64,000 nucleotides of DNA from Spirochaetia bacterium (lineage in GTDB: Bacteria; Spirochaetota; Spirochaetia; DSM-2461): assembly GCA_963668315.1 (NCBI GenBank), contig OY764216.1:3520001-3584000 (forward strand), written 5' to 3'. Each line of letters starts with the position of its first letter. Position 1 is the first letter of the stretch. Made by a program: the position numbers and the translations under genes. This document shows, one piece after another, positions 1 through 10,246 of the stretch. The notes beneath the pieces were generated by a model. The model was given only the letters and a program-made list of their open reading frames with translations, was not told the DNA's origin and searched no databases.

Positions 1-1
1 C

Positions 2-754
2 CGGAAGAATATTCAGGAGTGTTTCAACGACGCCGTTTTCTACCGGGATCAGATGCGCCATATGTTCCAGTACGGCCAGGTGACCCTGAGGCAGAGATCG
101 CTGTGCGAAAATCTCTATCTGACGATTATCAGGAGAATCCAGGAACAGATGGACAAGATGAAGAGGATCCCTCCCGGTCTTGAGCAGCTGACCGACAGCC
201 TCTCCGATATCTATTATGCGAACTTCAGCCTTTTCCAGTCACTTCCCGACGTATGGGCCATCGACCAGATTTTTCCGGTCATGCCCCTGACCAGGCTGAA
301 CGAGGAACCGCTCAGAAGGGGGATTATCGCCGATATTACCTGCGACTGCGACGGTCAGATCAATAATTTCATCAGCCAGAAGGATCCGGAAAGGAGCCTG
401 CCCCTTCATGAGCTTCGCGATGATGAGGAGTACTGGCTCGGATTCTTCCTGGTGGGCGCCTATCAGGAGACATTGGGGGATCTTCATAACCTTTTCGGCG
501 ACACCAATGTCGTCAGTATCAGGATACACGGGGATTCCAGCTTTGATATCATAAGGGAACTGGAGGGCGATACGATCGCCGATGTTTTAAACTATGTTGA
601 ATACGACCCGAAGACCGTGCTGGATAATTTCAGGAAGAAAGCGGAACGGGCCGTGAAAGAGGGGAGGATAACCCCTGTTCAGCGTCAGGAAACAGTCAAA
701 GGCTTCGAAAGAAGCCTGCGCGGCTATACCTATTACGAAAGGGAGAATGATTAA
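2..754 (+). CDS. speA: Biosynthetic arginine decarboxylase, C-terminal part (5' truncated by window)
   Basis: Frame is open from base 2. Motifs NFSLFQSLPDVWAIDQIFP, DITCDCDG and GAYQETLGDLHNLFG are typical of SpeA. First gene of a polyamine operon. Confidence 0.93.
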   Translation, partial: RKNIQECFNDAVFYRDQMRHMFQYGQVTLRQRSLCENLYLTIIRRIQEQMDKMKRIPPGLEQLTDSLSDIYYANFSLFQSLPDVWAIDQIFPVMPLTRLNEEPLRRGIIADITCDCDGQINNFISQKDPERSLPLHELRDDEEYWLGFFLVGAYQETLGDLHNLFGDTNVVSIRIHGDSSFDIIRELEGDTIADVLNYVEYDPKTVLDNFRKKAERAVKEGRITPVQRQETVKGFERSLRGYTYYEREND

Positions 755-1939
755 ATGGCGAAAGTAGTGATTATCGGTGCAGGGGGAGTAGGTTCCGTGG
801 TGGCCCAGAAATGCGGTCAGCTGCCGGAAGTATTCGGAGAGATTGTTCTCGCCAGCAGAACGGTCAGTAAATGCGACAAAATCGCCTCTCTCATCAACAG
901 GCCCGTCATTACCGAAGCCGTCGATACGGACAATGTTCCCATGCTTACGGCTCTTCTTGAGAAACACCGGCCCGACCTTGTCATTAATGTCGCCTTGCCC
1001 TACCAGGATCTTCATATTATGGATGCCTGTCTGGCCGCGGGGGTCAACTATCTGGATACGGCCAATTACGAACCGCTGGAAACGGCGAAATTCGAATATA
1101 AATGGCAGTGGGAGTATCAGGAACGCTTCCGGGAAAAGGGACTGATGGCCCTTCTGGGAAGCGGATTTGATCCGGGCGTCACCAATGTCTTCACCGCCTA
1201 TCTGAAAAAGCACTATTTCGATGAGATTCATGAACTGGATATTGTTGATGTGAACGGCGGCGACCACGGTCAGCCTTTCGCCACCAATTTCAATCCGGAA
1301 ATCAATATCAGGGAAGTAACCGCCGCCTGCCGTCACTGGGAAAAAGGCGAGTTTGTGGAAACTCCCGCCATGAGCGAGAGAAAAAGCTTCTCCTGTCCCG
1401 AGGAAGTGGGCACCTACAATATTTACCGTATGTACCACGAAGAGCTGGAATCGCTGACCATGAACTACCCCTCTCTGAAGAGAGCCCAGTTCTGGATGAG
1501 TTTCGGCGATTCCTACCTGAAGCATCTCGAAGTGCTCCAGAATGTGGGCATGACCAGGATCGATCCGGTCATGTTCGAGGGAAGGGAGATCGTTCCCATT
1601 CAGTTCCTCAAGGCCCTTCTTCCCGATCCGGGCAGCCTGGGACCCCTGACCAAGGGCAACACCTGCATCGGATGTATCGTCAAAGGGGTAAAAGACGGGA
1701 AGTCTCTTACCAAGTACTGTTATAATATCTGCAGCCACGAAGAGTCCTATAAGGAAGTAAGCAGCCAGGCCATCAGCTATACCACAGGCGTCCCCGCCAT
1801 GATCGGGGCGAAAATGATGGTGGAAGGGAAATGGACGGGAAAGGGCGTGTTCAATATGGAACAGATGGATCCCGATCCCTTTATGGATGACCTCAACAGG
1901 TACGGACTGCCATGGAAAGTAATCGATTGGCAGGAATAG
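755..1939 (+). CDS. Carboxy(nor)spermidine dehydrogenase (saccharopine dehydrogenase family)
   Basis: Rossmann motif GAGGVG, NVALPYQDL, YLDTANYE, GFDPGVT, HGQPFATNFNPEIN. Lies between speA and nspC. Confidence 0.92.
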   Translation: MAKVVIIGAGGVGSVVAQKCGQLPEVFGEIVLASRTVSKCDKIASLINRPVITEAVDTDNVPMLTALLEKHRPDLVINVALPYQDLHIMDACLAAGVNYLDTANYEPLETAKFEYKWQWEYQERFREKGLMALLGSGFDPGVTNVFTAYLKKHYFDEIHELDIVDVNGGDHGQPFATNFNPEINIREVTAACRHWEKGEFVETPAMSERKSFSCPEEVGTYNIYRMYHEELESLTMNYPSLKRAQFWMSFGDSYLKHLEVLQNVGMTRIDPVMFEGREIVPIQFLKALLPDPGSLGPLTKGNTCIGCIVKGVKDGKSLTKYCYNICSHEESYKEVSSQAISYTTGVPAMIGAKMMVEGKWTGKGVFNMEQMDPDPFMDDLNRYGLPWKVIDWQE

Positions 1940-3069
1940 ATTTTACCCCGATCCAGACACCCGCCTTTGTGGTGGACGCCGCTCTGATAGAAAAGAACGG
2001 CGCCATTATGAAGTCGGTGGCCGAAGAGAGCGGGGCGACCGTGCTGCTGGCCCTGAAAGGGTTTTCCATGTTCTCCCTTTTCGATCTGATGCGCCCCTAT
2101 CTGGGCGGGGTGTGCGCCAGTTCGGTGAACGAAGCCCGTCTGGGCAGAGAGGAGATGGGAAGGGAAGTTCACAGCTACAGCCCCGCCTACAGTGAGGAGA
2201 GCCTGAGGAAACTGATGGAGCTTTCCGATCACGTGGTGTTCAATTCTCCCTCCCAGTGGGAACGGTTCGCTTCCCTGAGAGAGGAGTACGGCGATACCGT
2301 TTCCTACGGTCTGCGCTTCAATCCCTCCCATTCGGAAACGGAAACTCCCATCTATGACCCTTCGGCGCCCCTGTCCCGTCTGGGGACGATAAGGGAAGAG
2401 CTGCCCGATGGTTTCCTCCGGCCGATTGAGGGACTCCATATCCATAACCTCTGTGAGAGGGATGCTCCTGAACTGGTGCGTACCTGGGAAGCCGTGGAGA
2501 AAGCCCTCGGTGACGAACTTGAACATTTCCGCTGGATTAATCTGGGGGGCGGCCATCACATAACCCGTGACGGCTACCAAAGGGATATGCTTGTCGAGCT
2601 GATATGGAAAATACGTTCCCGCTACGGAGCGGATGTTTATCTGGAACCGGGCGAAGCCTGGGCTCTGAATGCGGGATACCTTGTCACAACGGTGCTGGAT
2701 ACCCACCGCAACAGGGGGGATCTGGCCATTCTAGACACGGCCGTTCCCTGCCATATGCCCGATGTGCTGGAAATGCCCTACCGGCCGGAGATTATCGGCG
2801 CGGGACAGCCGGGGGAAAAGGCTCACACCTACCGCCTGGGGGGCGTGTCCTGTCTCGCCGGCGATGTGGCGGGAGATTACAGCTTCGACTCCCCCCTTAA
2901 AAGGGGAGACCGGCTCGTCTTTACCGATATGGCCCATTACACCATGGTCAAAACCAACACATTCAACGGTGTGGAACTGCCTTCCCTCTATATCGCCGAT
3001 TCCCGTGACGGCAGCCTGAGGGCGGTACGTCATTTCGGTTACGAAGACTTTAAAGGACGTCTTTCATGA
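1912..3069 (+). CDS. nspC: Carboxy(nor)spermidine decarboxylase
   Basis: PLP lysine motif LALKGF, INLGGGHHIT, LEPGE, HMPDVLEMPYRP, SCLAGD, HYTMVKTNTFNG. Confidence 0.93.
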   Translation: MESNRLAGIDFTPIQTPAFVVDAALIEKNGAIMKSVAEESGATVLLALKGFSMFSLFDLMRPYLGGVCASSVNEARLGREEMGREVHSYSPAYSEESLRKLMELSDHVVFNSPSQWERFASLREEYGDTVSYGLRFNPSHSETETPIYDPSAPLSRLGTIREELPDGFLRPIEGLHIHNLCERDAPELVRTWEAVEKALGDELEHFRWINLGGGHHITRDGYQRDMLVELIWKIRSRYGADVYLEPGEAWALNAGYLVTTVLDTHRNRGDLAILDTAVPCHMPDVLEMPYRPEIIGAGQPGEKAHTYRLGGVSCLAGDVAGDYSFDSPLKRGDRLVFTDMAHYTMVKTNTFNGVELPSLYIADSRDGSLRAVRHFGYEDFKGRLS

Positions 3070-3932
3070 AACATTTTCTCTCTTCCGAAATGGATAATTC
3101 GCCGGCGGACAAGGCGCTTTTCCATATTATTCCGGCCCCCATGGAGATGAGCGTCTCCTACGGCACGGGAGCCGCCGGGGGACCGGAGGCCATCATAGAG
3201 GCTTCCGATCAGCTGGAGGAGTGGGACGGTGCGTCCTTTCCCTGCCGAGAAGGAATACACACCTGTGGCATGATCAAAGAGGACGAACCGGCCGATTTTA
3301 TCGAATCCATAAGAAAGCAAACCCTTAAGACGCTGGAGGCCGGGGCTGTTCCCGTCCTTCTCGGGGGGGAACATACGGTGACCCTCGGAGCGGCGGAAGC
3401 CTTTTACGAAAAATTCGGAAACCGGGTGGGACTTGTTCAGATCGACGCCCATGCCGATTTGCGGTGGAATTATCAGGGAAATCCCTACAGCCATGCTTCG
3501 GTTATACGGAAAATCCATGAAAAGACCGGATGGTCTGTTTACCAGGTGGGGATAAGAGCTCTCTGTGAAGAGGAGCTGGCTTATCAGAAGGAGCAGGGGA
3601 TTTACTGTCTTACCGGAAAAGAAGCCGCTGCCAAAGGGGTGAAAGAGTTGATCCTGCCCGATGATTTCCCCGAATTCCTCTACCTGACATTTGATATTGA
3701 CGGTCTGGACAGCTCACAGATGCCTGCCACGGGGACACCCGTGCCGGGAGGACTGGACTGGTATCAATCCCTTTCCCTTATCGAATCCCTGGCGGAGCAG
3801 AGAAAAATCATCGGCTTTGACCTGGTGGAACTGGCGCCGTCCCCGGCATTTGAATACTGTAATTTTACCGCCGCCCAGACGGTTTACAATATCATGGGCA
3901 TTATCCAGAGACAGAACCGCTTTTTTTCATAG
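3066..3932 (+). CDS. speB: Agmatinase (ureohydrolase family)
   Basis: GGEHT, DAHADL, TFDIDGLD, ATGTPVPGG. ATGA overlap with nspC. Confidence 0.9.
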   Translation: MKHFLSSEMDNSPADKALFHIIPAPMEMSVSYGTGAAGGPEAIIEASDQLEEWDGASFPCREGIHTCGMIKEDEPADFIESIRKQTLKTLEAGAVPVLLGGEHTVTLGAAEAFYEKFGNRVGLVQIDAHADLRWNYQGNPYSHASVIRKIHEKTGWSVYQVGIRALCEEELAYQKEQGIYCLTGKEAAAKGVKELILPDDFPEFLYLTFDIDGLDSSQMPATGTPVPGGLDWYQSLSLIESLAEQRKIIGFDLVELAPSPAFEYCNFTAAQTVYNIMGIIQRQNRFFS

Positions 3933-3947
3933 AAGATTCAGGCCTGC

Positions 3948-3975
3948 CGGAGGACATGTCCACAGAGGTCCTCCG
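3948..3975. terminator. Hairpin between convergent speB and MCP genes
   Basis: CGGAGGAC...GTCCTCCG 8-bp stem. No strong U-tail. Confidence 0.5.
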
Positions 3976-3986
3976 TCAGAGGTGGA

Positions 3987-5957
3987 TCAGAACTCTTCAA
4001 ACTCGTCCGACTCCTCCCGGGGGGGAAGTTCTATGCCTACCGAAAGGGAAGGCCTCACCGTCCTGTTAGGGACCGGTATTTTCGCTTGTACGGCGGATGA
4101 CGGTGTCTCCCTCATAACTCTTTTTTCGGGAGCTTCTGCATGAGCGGAGGGGGAAGCGGCGTGATTACCATCCAGTTTGAAATAGAGCATCAGCTCCTTC
4201 AGCTGTTTCGCCTGGTCGGCAAGGAGATCGGACGTGGACGCCAGTTCCTCCGACGAGGAGGCATTGCTCTGTATGGTCTGGTCCAGCTGCTGAATGGCCG
4301 TGGTAATCTGATTGACCCCCGCCTGCTGTTCGTGGCTTGATGAACTGATCTCTTTCACAAGGTCGGCGGTCTGTTCAATATTGGGTACCAGTTTCGCCAG
4401 TTTTTCTCCCGATCCCCGGGAGAGGCTGACAGTGGAAGAGGCCAGGTCGGTTATTTCCCCGGCGGCTTTCTGACTTTGCTCGGCCAGCTTCCTTACCTCT
4501 GCGGCAACCACGGCAAAACCTTTCCCATGTTCTCCGGCCCTGGCGGCTTCTATGGCGGCATTCAGAGCCAGCATATTGGTATTTCTGGCGATTTCCTCGA
4601 TGATGCTGATTTTTTCGGCGATATAGTTCATGGCTTCCACCGCCTTTTCCACCGTCTCACCGCTCTCCTTGGCATCGGACGCCGCCTGGGCGGCGATATC
4701 CTCGGTCAATTTGGCATTTTCCGCATTCTGGGAAATATTGGCGTTCATCTCCTCCATGGAACTGGAGACTTCTTCGGCGTTGGCCGCCTGTTCGGTGGCA
4801 CCGGCGGAGAGCATCTGGCTTGACTCGTTGACCTGCATACTGCTGTCCGCAATATTTCCGGCGGAGTCCATCACTTCCTGAACGACCTTCTTGAAATTGG
4901 CCGACATCCGGTCCAATGACTGAGCCAGGAGTCCGATTTCATCCTTTTTTTTCAGAAGACTCTTCTCCACGGCAATTCTCAAATCCCCCGAGGCCATGGT
5001 CTGCAGATCATCGGAAAGGATTTTTATGGGACGGGTAAAATTATTCCCCAGAATCACACCTACCACTACGGCCATGATAAGCCAGAATATCCCCATGATG
5101 ATCATGCTGTTTTTTAATCCGTCAAGCGAGGCCAGGGCGACCCGGGCGGGAATATTAATGGCGATGTTCCAGCCGAAATCGCCTATGGGCGTATAAGCCA
5201 CGTACTTCATGTCGTACCTGCTACCGTAATGATCAACACCCCTATTTCCGTCAAGCATGCTGTCAATGATGGCGGCCAATCCGGTAAAGCTGGGATCATC
5301 TTCTTCCAGCGTGGAGGCGTCTATCTGGTTCTTGACCATTTCCGGGTTGGTGTGGGCGATGGGCCAGGGATTTTCCGAAATAATGAAGTTGGACGATCCT
5401 TCCCCGTTGTCCACCGTCTTGAGGTATTCGCTTAGAAAAACGGCATTCGTCTTGGCCGAAAGCATACTGACCAGCCGGCCTTCACGGATAACCGGGGCCA
5501 CAATCAGTACGGTGAGAATATCCTCTTCGCCCGCTTTCAGACTGTAAAGAGGATCGGACATGACCGCTTTCTTATCCTTAAGAACCGATTGGAAATAGTC
5601 CCGGCTTGAAATATCCACCGTTTCACCGTTGGCATAGGTTTTTATCCCGTCCAGATCGACAGGACCTATGGAGTCGTATCCCAGACGTTTGGATTCCCTT
5701 TCAAGGATTTCATACATTTCGTCCGAATAGTCCACGTCAAGGAACCGGGCGATGCTGTTCAATTCTACAAACTGTGTATTGATCCAGCTCTCATAACCGT
5801 CGGCCAGTTTTTCCGCTTCCGATGTAAGACGGAGATTGACTTCCGAGTGGAGGGCATTGCGGGAACTGAAATAGGAAAAGAGACTCAGGGAAATGATAAT
5901 AACAAAAGACGTGGAAACAAAGGCAAAGATCTGTTTAATTCTTACATTAAAGTTCAT
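3987..5957 (-). CDS. Methyl-accepting chemotaxis protein (Cache sensor, HAMP, signalling domain)
   Basis: Two TM segments and [35 protein letters not shown]-terminal EFEEF pentapeptide-like tether. Start placed at ATG 5957 (AAGGA RBS); ORF extends to 6017. Confidence 0.93.
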   Translation of the reverse strand: MNFNVRIKQIFAFVSTSFVIIISLSLFSYFSSRNALHSEVNLRLTSEAEKLADGYESWINTQFVELNSIARFLDVDYSDEMYEILERESKRLGYDSIGPVDLDGIKTYANGETVDISSRDYFQSVLKDKKAVMSDPLYSLKAGEEDILTVLIVAPVIREGRLVSMLSAKTNAVFLSEYLKTVDNGEGSSNFIISENPWPIAHTNPEMVKNQIDASTLEEDDPSFTGLAAIIDSMLDGNRGVDHYGSRYDMKYVAYTPIGDFGWNIAINIPARVALASLDGLKNSMIIMGIFWLIMAVVVGVILGNNFTRPIKILSDDLQTMASGDLRIAVEKSLLKKKDEIGLLAQSLDRMSANFKKVVQEVMDSAGNIADSSMQVNESSQMLSAGATEQAANAEEVSSSMEEMNANISQNAENAKLTEDIAAQAASDAKESGETVEKAVEAMNYIAEKISIIEEIARNTNMLALNAAIEAARAGEHGKGFAVVAAEVRKLAEQSQKAAGEITDLASSTVSLSRGSGEKLAKLVPNIEQTADLVKEISSSSHEQQAGVNQITTAIQQLDQTIQSNASSSEELASTSDLLADQAKQLKELMLYFKLDGNHAASPSAHAEAPEKRVMRETPSSAVQAKIPVPNRTVRPSLSVGIELPPREESDEFEEF

Positions 5958-6121
5958 TCTAGAGGTATCCTTCTCATTAAAAAATAGATTTTTACATAGA
6001 AATTCTATGGTTTTCATAAAAGTTTAGGTCATGGGAAAGGGGAATGCAAGAAAATAATAATCACCGGGGTATTTATGGAATAAAATATCCCTTTCCGAAA
6101 AAGGTAAAAAAGCTCAATTTA

Positions 6122-6167
6122 TTGACTCTGACCGATGAAATGGGATAGGATGTTTAACCAGACTAAA
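6122..6167 (+). promoter_or_regulatory. Putative sigma70 promoter and operator of the dpaL operon
   Basis: TTGACT (6122-6127), N18, TAGGAT (6146-6151), followed by the imperfect palindrome TTTAACCAGACTAAA (6153-6167). Confidence 0.55.
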
Positions 6168-6206
6168 TATATAACATCTGAGTTAACAAAAAAGGGACAT
6201 TCTTTC

Positions 6207-7409
6207 ATGCAAATAAAAGGTATTAAAAATAAAAATCATCACCCCGAATCCTATCTCCCGGAACTTATAAACGCTGATATTCTGAATGAGGTGAAGGCTT
6301 TTCACGAATCTTTCTGGGAATATACCAGGAGTGAAATACATCAGCTCGATGCCCTGGCGGGGCATACCGGTCTCGAAAAATTATTTCTCAAGGACGAATC
6401 GAGCCGTTTCGGTCTCAACTCCTTTAAGGTGCTCGGCGCCGCCTATGCCGTGGGCAAGGCTCTGGCCGAAGAACTGGGAGAATCCATCGGGAATCTTCCC
6501 TTTCCCCTTTTAAAGGAAAGAGTAGCCCGGAAGCTTCCCCATATCAAGCTGGCGGCCACCACCGATGGAAATCATGGCCGGGGAGTCGCCTGGATGGGCC
6601 GTCAGCTGGGCCTGCCCGTCTTTATTTTTATGCCCCGGGGAACGACCCAGGCCCGTTTGAACCATATTAAAAAAGAAGGGGCCCAGGCACAGATCGTCGA
6701 TATGAACTATGATGATACGGTGCGTTATGTGGCGGAAAAAGCCCGGAAAGAGAAATGGCTGGTGATCCAGGATACCGCCTGGGAAGGGTATGAGGATGTC
6801 CCTAAGTGGATTATGCAGGGATACGCCACCATCGCCAGGGAATTCCGGGCCGATCTGGGAGAGACCCTGCCTACCCATGTTTTTATTCAGGCCGGTGTCG
6901 GAGCGTTTGCCGGGGTGATTGCCGAATCCCTCTATGTGATGTATAAGGAGAAATGTCCCCGGATTGTTGTGGTGGAAGCCGAAGCGGCCGACTGTTTTTA
7001 TGAAAGCGCACTTAAGGGACACGACGTCACAAGAGGAGGATATCATAATACGATTATGGCGGGACTTGCCTGCGGCGAACAGAATCCCCTGGGAAACCGG
7101 ATCCTCAAAAAACTGGCCTACGCCTTTGTCAGCACCCCCGACTGGACCTCGGCCAACGGAATGAGAATCCTGGCCAATCCTCTTCCGGGGGATGAGAAGA
7201 TCATCAGCGGAGAATCGGGAGCGGTTTCCATCGGGGCGATTGAGCGTATTATGACCTGTCCGGAATATTCGGAACTGAAGAATATGCTCGGTCTGGATGA
7301 AACGTCCCGCATTCTGGCGTTCAGCACGGAAGGGGACACCGACCCTGAGGTATATCGCAGCGTAGTATGGTATGGCGGTTACAGCGAACCGCAGGAGGAA
7401 AAAATATGA
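6207..7409 (+). CDS. dpaL: Diaminopropionate ammonia-lyase (DpaL/YgeX)
   Basis: KDESSRFGLNSFKVLG (PLP Lys), TTDGNHGRGVAW, QDTAWEGY, TIMAGLACGE, STEGDTDP. Start ATG 6207 chosen; ORF extends to 6135. Confidence 0.93.
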   Translation: MQIKGIKNKNHHPESYLPELINADILNEVKAFHESFWEYTRSEIHQLDALAGHTGLEKLFLKDESSRFGLNSFKVLGAAYAVGKALAEELGESIGNLPFPLLKERVARKLPHIKLAATTDGNHGRGVAWMGRQLGLPVFIFMPRGTTQARLNHIKKEGAQAQIVDMNYDDTVRYVAEKARKEKWLVIQDTAWEGYEDVPKWIMQGYATIAREFRADLGETLPTHVFIQAGVGAFAGVIAESLYVMYKEKCPRIVVVEAEAADCFYESALKGHDVTRGGYHNTIMAGLACGEQNPLGNRILKKLAYAFVSTPDWTSANGMRILANPLPGDEKIISGESGAVSIGAIERIMTCPEYSELKNMLGLDETSRILAFSTEGDTDPEVYRSVVWYGGYSEPQEEKI

Positions 7410-8584
7410 AGCAGAACGGCGACGTGGTAGAGATTTGTCAGAAACTTATCGAAGCGAGAAGTTATTCCGGAGAAGAGTCCGAAGTGGCTTCCGTTTTGAA
7501 GGATATCATGAAAAACCTGGGTTTTGACCGGGTCGATGTGGACAAGTACGGGAATGTCATCGGTACCTTTGAAGGAAGGGAAGAGGGCCCTGTCCAGCTC
7601 TATGACGCCCACATAGACACGGTTCCCGTACCGGACCCGTCAAAATGGACCCATTCTCCCTTTGCCGGAGAGATTGAAGACGGTAAGGTGTACGGGAGGG
7701 GCACGTCGGATATGAAGGGGGCTCTGGCATCCATGCTGGTGGCCGCCGCCTCTTATGCCCGGAAAACGGACCGTCGATTCAAAGGGAAAATCTGCGTCGC
7801 CGGCGTCTGCCACGAAGAGTGCTTCGAGGGAGTGGCCGCCCGGGAAATCAGCAGAAACTATAAGCCCGATTATGTCGTCATTGGAGAGGCTTCCCATCTT
7901 AATCTGAAGCACGGGCAGAGGGGCAGGGCCGAAATCGTCATCGAAACCTTCGGGAAACCCGCCCACAGCGCCAACCCGGAACACGGCATCAATGCGGTTT
8001 ATCAGATGGCCGAGGTGATTAACGCTGTGAAAGTCATCACTCCCGGTGTCGATGAGAATCTGGGGAAAGGAATCCTTGAATTGGTGGACATCATCTCCTC
8101 CCCCTATCCGGGGGCTTCCGTGGTGCCCGATTACTGCCGTACGACCTGGGACAGGAGACTTCTTGTCGGCGAAACCAAAGAGAGCGTACTTGAGCCTCTT
8201 CTCGAAGCCATGGAAAAGCTGAAGTCTACCGTTTCCGGGCTGAACGTCAAAGTATCCCTGGCCGCAGAGGAGCTGACCTGTTACACGGGAGAGAAGATCG
8301 GCGACGAACGTTTTTTTCCCGGCTGGTTCTACGACAGCAGGGAAACCTTTGTCTCCTCCGTCTTCGACGCTCTGAAGAGCGGGGGGATAGAGAGTCGTCT
8401 TACCCATTATGATTTCTGTACCAACGGCAGTCATTATGCCGGCGAGGCAGGGATAAAAACTATCGGCTTCGGACCGTCAGAAGAGTTCCTGGCCCATACC
8501 ATTGATGAGTACATAGAGATTGACCAGCTGGAAAAGGCGGTGAAGGGCTATGAAATCATCATGGAAACACTTGAACAGATATAA
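7406..8584 (+). CDS. ygeY: YgeY-family M20 metallo-hydrolase
   Basis: DAHIDTV, GRGTSDMKG, HEECFEG, IGEAS, GQRGR, FCTNGSHYAG, AHTIDE. ATGA overlap with dpaL and GGAGG RBS. Confidence 0.85.
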   Translation: MKQNGDVVEICQKLIEARSYSGEESEVASVLKDIMKNLGFDRVDVDKYGNVIGTFEGREEGPVQLYDAHIDTVPVPDPSKWTHSPFAGEIEDGKVYGRGTSDMKGALASMLVAAASYARKTDRRFKGKICVAGVCHEECFEGVAAREISRNYKPDYVVIGEASHLNLKHGQRGRAEIVIETFGKPAHSANPEHGINAVYQMAEVINAVKVITPGVDENLGKGILELVDIISSPYPGASVVPDYCRTTWDRRLLVGETKESVLEPLLEAMEKLKSTVSGLNVKVSLAAEELTCYTGEKIGDERFFPGWFYDSRETFVSSVFDALKSGGIESRLTHYDFCTNGSHYAGEAGIKTIGFGPSEEFLAHTIDEYIEIDQLEKAVKGYEIIMETLEQI

Positions 8585-8600
8585 AAAAGGATCCTATAGA

Positions 8601-10205
8601 ATGCAAACGGCCATTATCAACGGGAAAATCGTGGACGGGAAGGGAAATCCCTCATTTTCCGGCGATATTATCATTGAAGGGGACAGAATCGTCCAAATCA
8701 TCCGGGAAGAAGAGAGAGAGAAGAAGAACATCGCCGCCGAAAGGATCATTGATGCCCGGGGCATGGTCGTGGCGCCCGGATTTATCGATTCCCACAGCCA
8801 CAGCGATCTCCAGATTCTCCTGAATCCCCTTCTTGAACCGAAAGTCAGGCAGGGGATTACAACGGAAATCCTGGGGCAGGACGGCGTGGCCATGGCCCCC
8901 CTTCCCCAAGCCTATATAGAGGACTGGCGCAAAAACATTGGCGGACTGGACGGAGACAGTGATGATTTCGACTGGACCTACGAAAGCGTTTCCGCCTATC
9001 TTGAACGGCTCGGAAGCAGTTCCGCCACGAGCAATTCAGCCTATCTCGTTCCCCACGGGAATATCCGTCTGGCCGTTATGGGCTTCTCGGAAGAGAAGGC
9101 CGGACCTTCCCAGATAGAGGCCATGTGCGGCGAAGTCCGCAAAGCCATGGAAGCGGGCTGCGTGGGCCTTTCCTCCGGGCTGATTTATATTCCCTGTGCC
9201 TACGGTTCCACGGAAGAGCTTATCGCCATGTGCAAGGTCGTCGCCGAATACGATGGAATCTTTGTCGTCCATCAGAGAAGCGAAGCCAACAGCATCTTGC
9301 CTTCCATGGATGAAATTATCACCATAGGCAGGGAGAGCGGCGTGAGAATCCACTTCTCCCATATAAAAATCTGCGGCAGGAACAACTGGGACAAGATTGA
9401 CCGGGTTCTGGGAAAAATAGACCGGGCCGGGGAAGAGGGAATCAAAGTTTCCTTCGATATGTATCCCTATACGGCGGGCAGCACCATGCTGAGCGCCCTT
9501 CTGCCTCCCTGGGTTCATGGGGGCGGGACGGCAAAGATGCTGGAACGGCTTAAATCGGAAAGTGAACGGGAAAAAATACGGGCCGCCGTTTCCGAAAAGA
9601 ACGCTTCCTGGGACAACTTTATCGAATTCGCCGGATATGACGGAATTTATATAACGAGCGTTACCACCGAAGGAAATCAGTACACCGTGGGAAAAAACCT
9701 GACGGAAATCGGCGAAATAAGAGAGACGAGTCCCCTGGATGCGGTATTTGATCTTCTGATAGAGGAAGATAACCATGTGGGGATGATCGATTATTACGGC
9801 TACGAGAAGCATCTGGAACTTTTCTGCCGCCGGGATGAGATGTCCGTCTGCACCGACGGTTTGATGGGGGGGAAAGCCCATCCCCGCGCCTATGGGGCTT
9901 TCCCCCGGGTCATTTCCCAGTTTGTCAGGAAAAAGGGGATCCTCACCCTGGAAGAAGCGGTTAAGCGGATGACCTATAATCCGGCCCGCAATTTCCGTCT
10001 TGCCGGAAGAGGATGCCTCGAAGAGAAGGCCTTTGCCGATATTGTCATCTTTGATCCGGACGATTTCCAGGACATCGGGGATTATGTGAATTCCCACCGT
10101 TTTCCCTCGGGACTCTTCCATGTGATGGTAAACGGGGAAACCCTCTATGACGGGCAGGACTATTATCCCGAAGGTCAGGGCCGTGTGCTCCTGCGGGAAA
10201 TGTAA
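8601..10205 (+). CDS. N-acyl-D-amino-acid deacylase family amidohydrolase
   Basis: PGFIDSHSHSD, QGITTEILGQDG, HQRSE, HFSHIK, HPRAYGAFPR, ADIVIFDP. Confidence 0.85.
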   Translation: MQTAIINGKIVDGKGNPSFSGDIIIEGDRIVQIIREEEREKKNIAAERIIDARGMVVAPGFIDSHSHSDLQILLNPLLEPKVRQGITTEILGQDGVAMAPLPQAYIEDWRKNIGGLDGDSDDFDWTYESVSAYLERLGSSSATSNSAYLVPHGNIRLAVMGFSEEKAGPSQIEAMCGEVRKAMEAGCVGLSSGLIYIPCAYGSTEELIAMCKVVAEYDGIFVVHQRSEANSILPSMDEIITIGRESGVRIHFSHIKICGRNNWDKIDRVLGKIDRAGEEGIKVSFDMYPYTAGSTMLSALLPPWVHGGGTAKMLERLKSESEREKIRAAVSEKNASWDNFIEFAGYDGIYITSVTTEGNQYTVGKNLTEIGEIRETSPLDAVFDLLIEEDNHVGMIDYYGYEKHLELFCRRDEMSVCTDGLMGGKAHPRAYGAFPRVISQFVRKKGILTLEEAVKRMTYNPARNFRLAGRGCLEEKAFADIVIFDPDDFQDIGDYVNSHRFPSGLFHVMVNGETLYDGQDYYPEGQGRVLLREM

Positions 10206-10214
10206 TGCTATAAT
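10206..10214 (+). promoter_or_regulatory. Extended -10 element upstream of the PreA-like gene
   Basis: TGCTATAAT about 32 nt before the ATG. Confidence 0.45.
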
Positions 10215-10246
10215 GAAAGAGAAAAAAGACATAAGATAAGGAAAGT

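Noticed and set aside
6135..6206. Upstream starts in the ORF track for dpaL (and similarly ygeY, the amidohydrolase, both MCPs, rlmD and the histidine kinase)
   Set aside because: The extensions overlap promoters or neighbouring genes. Downstream ATGs fit RBS position or family N-termini better.
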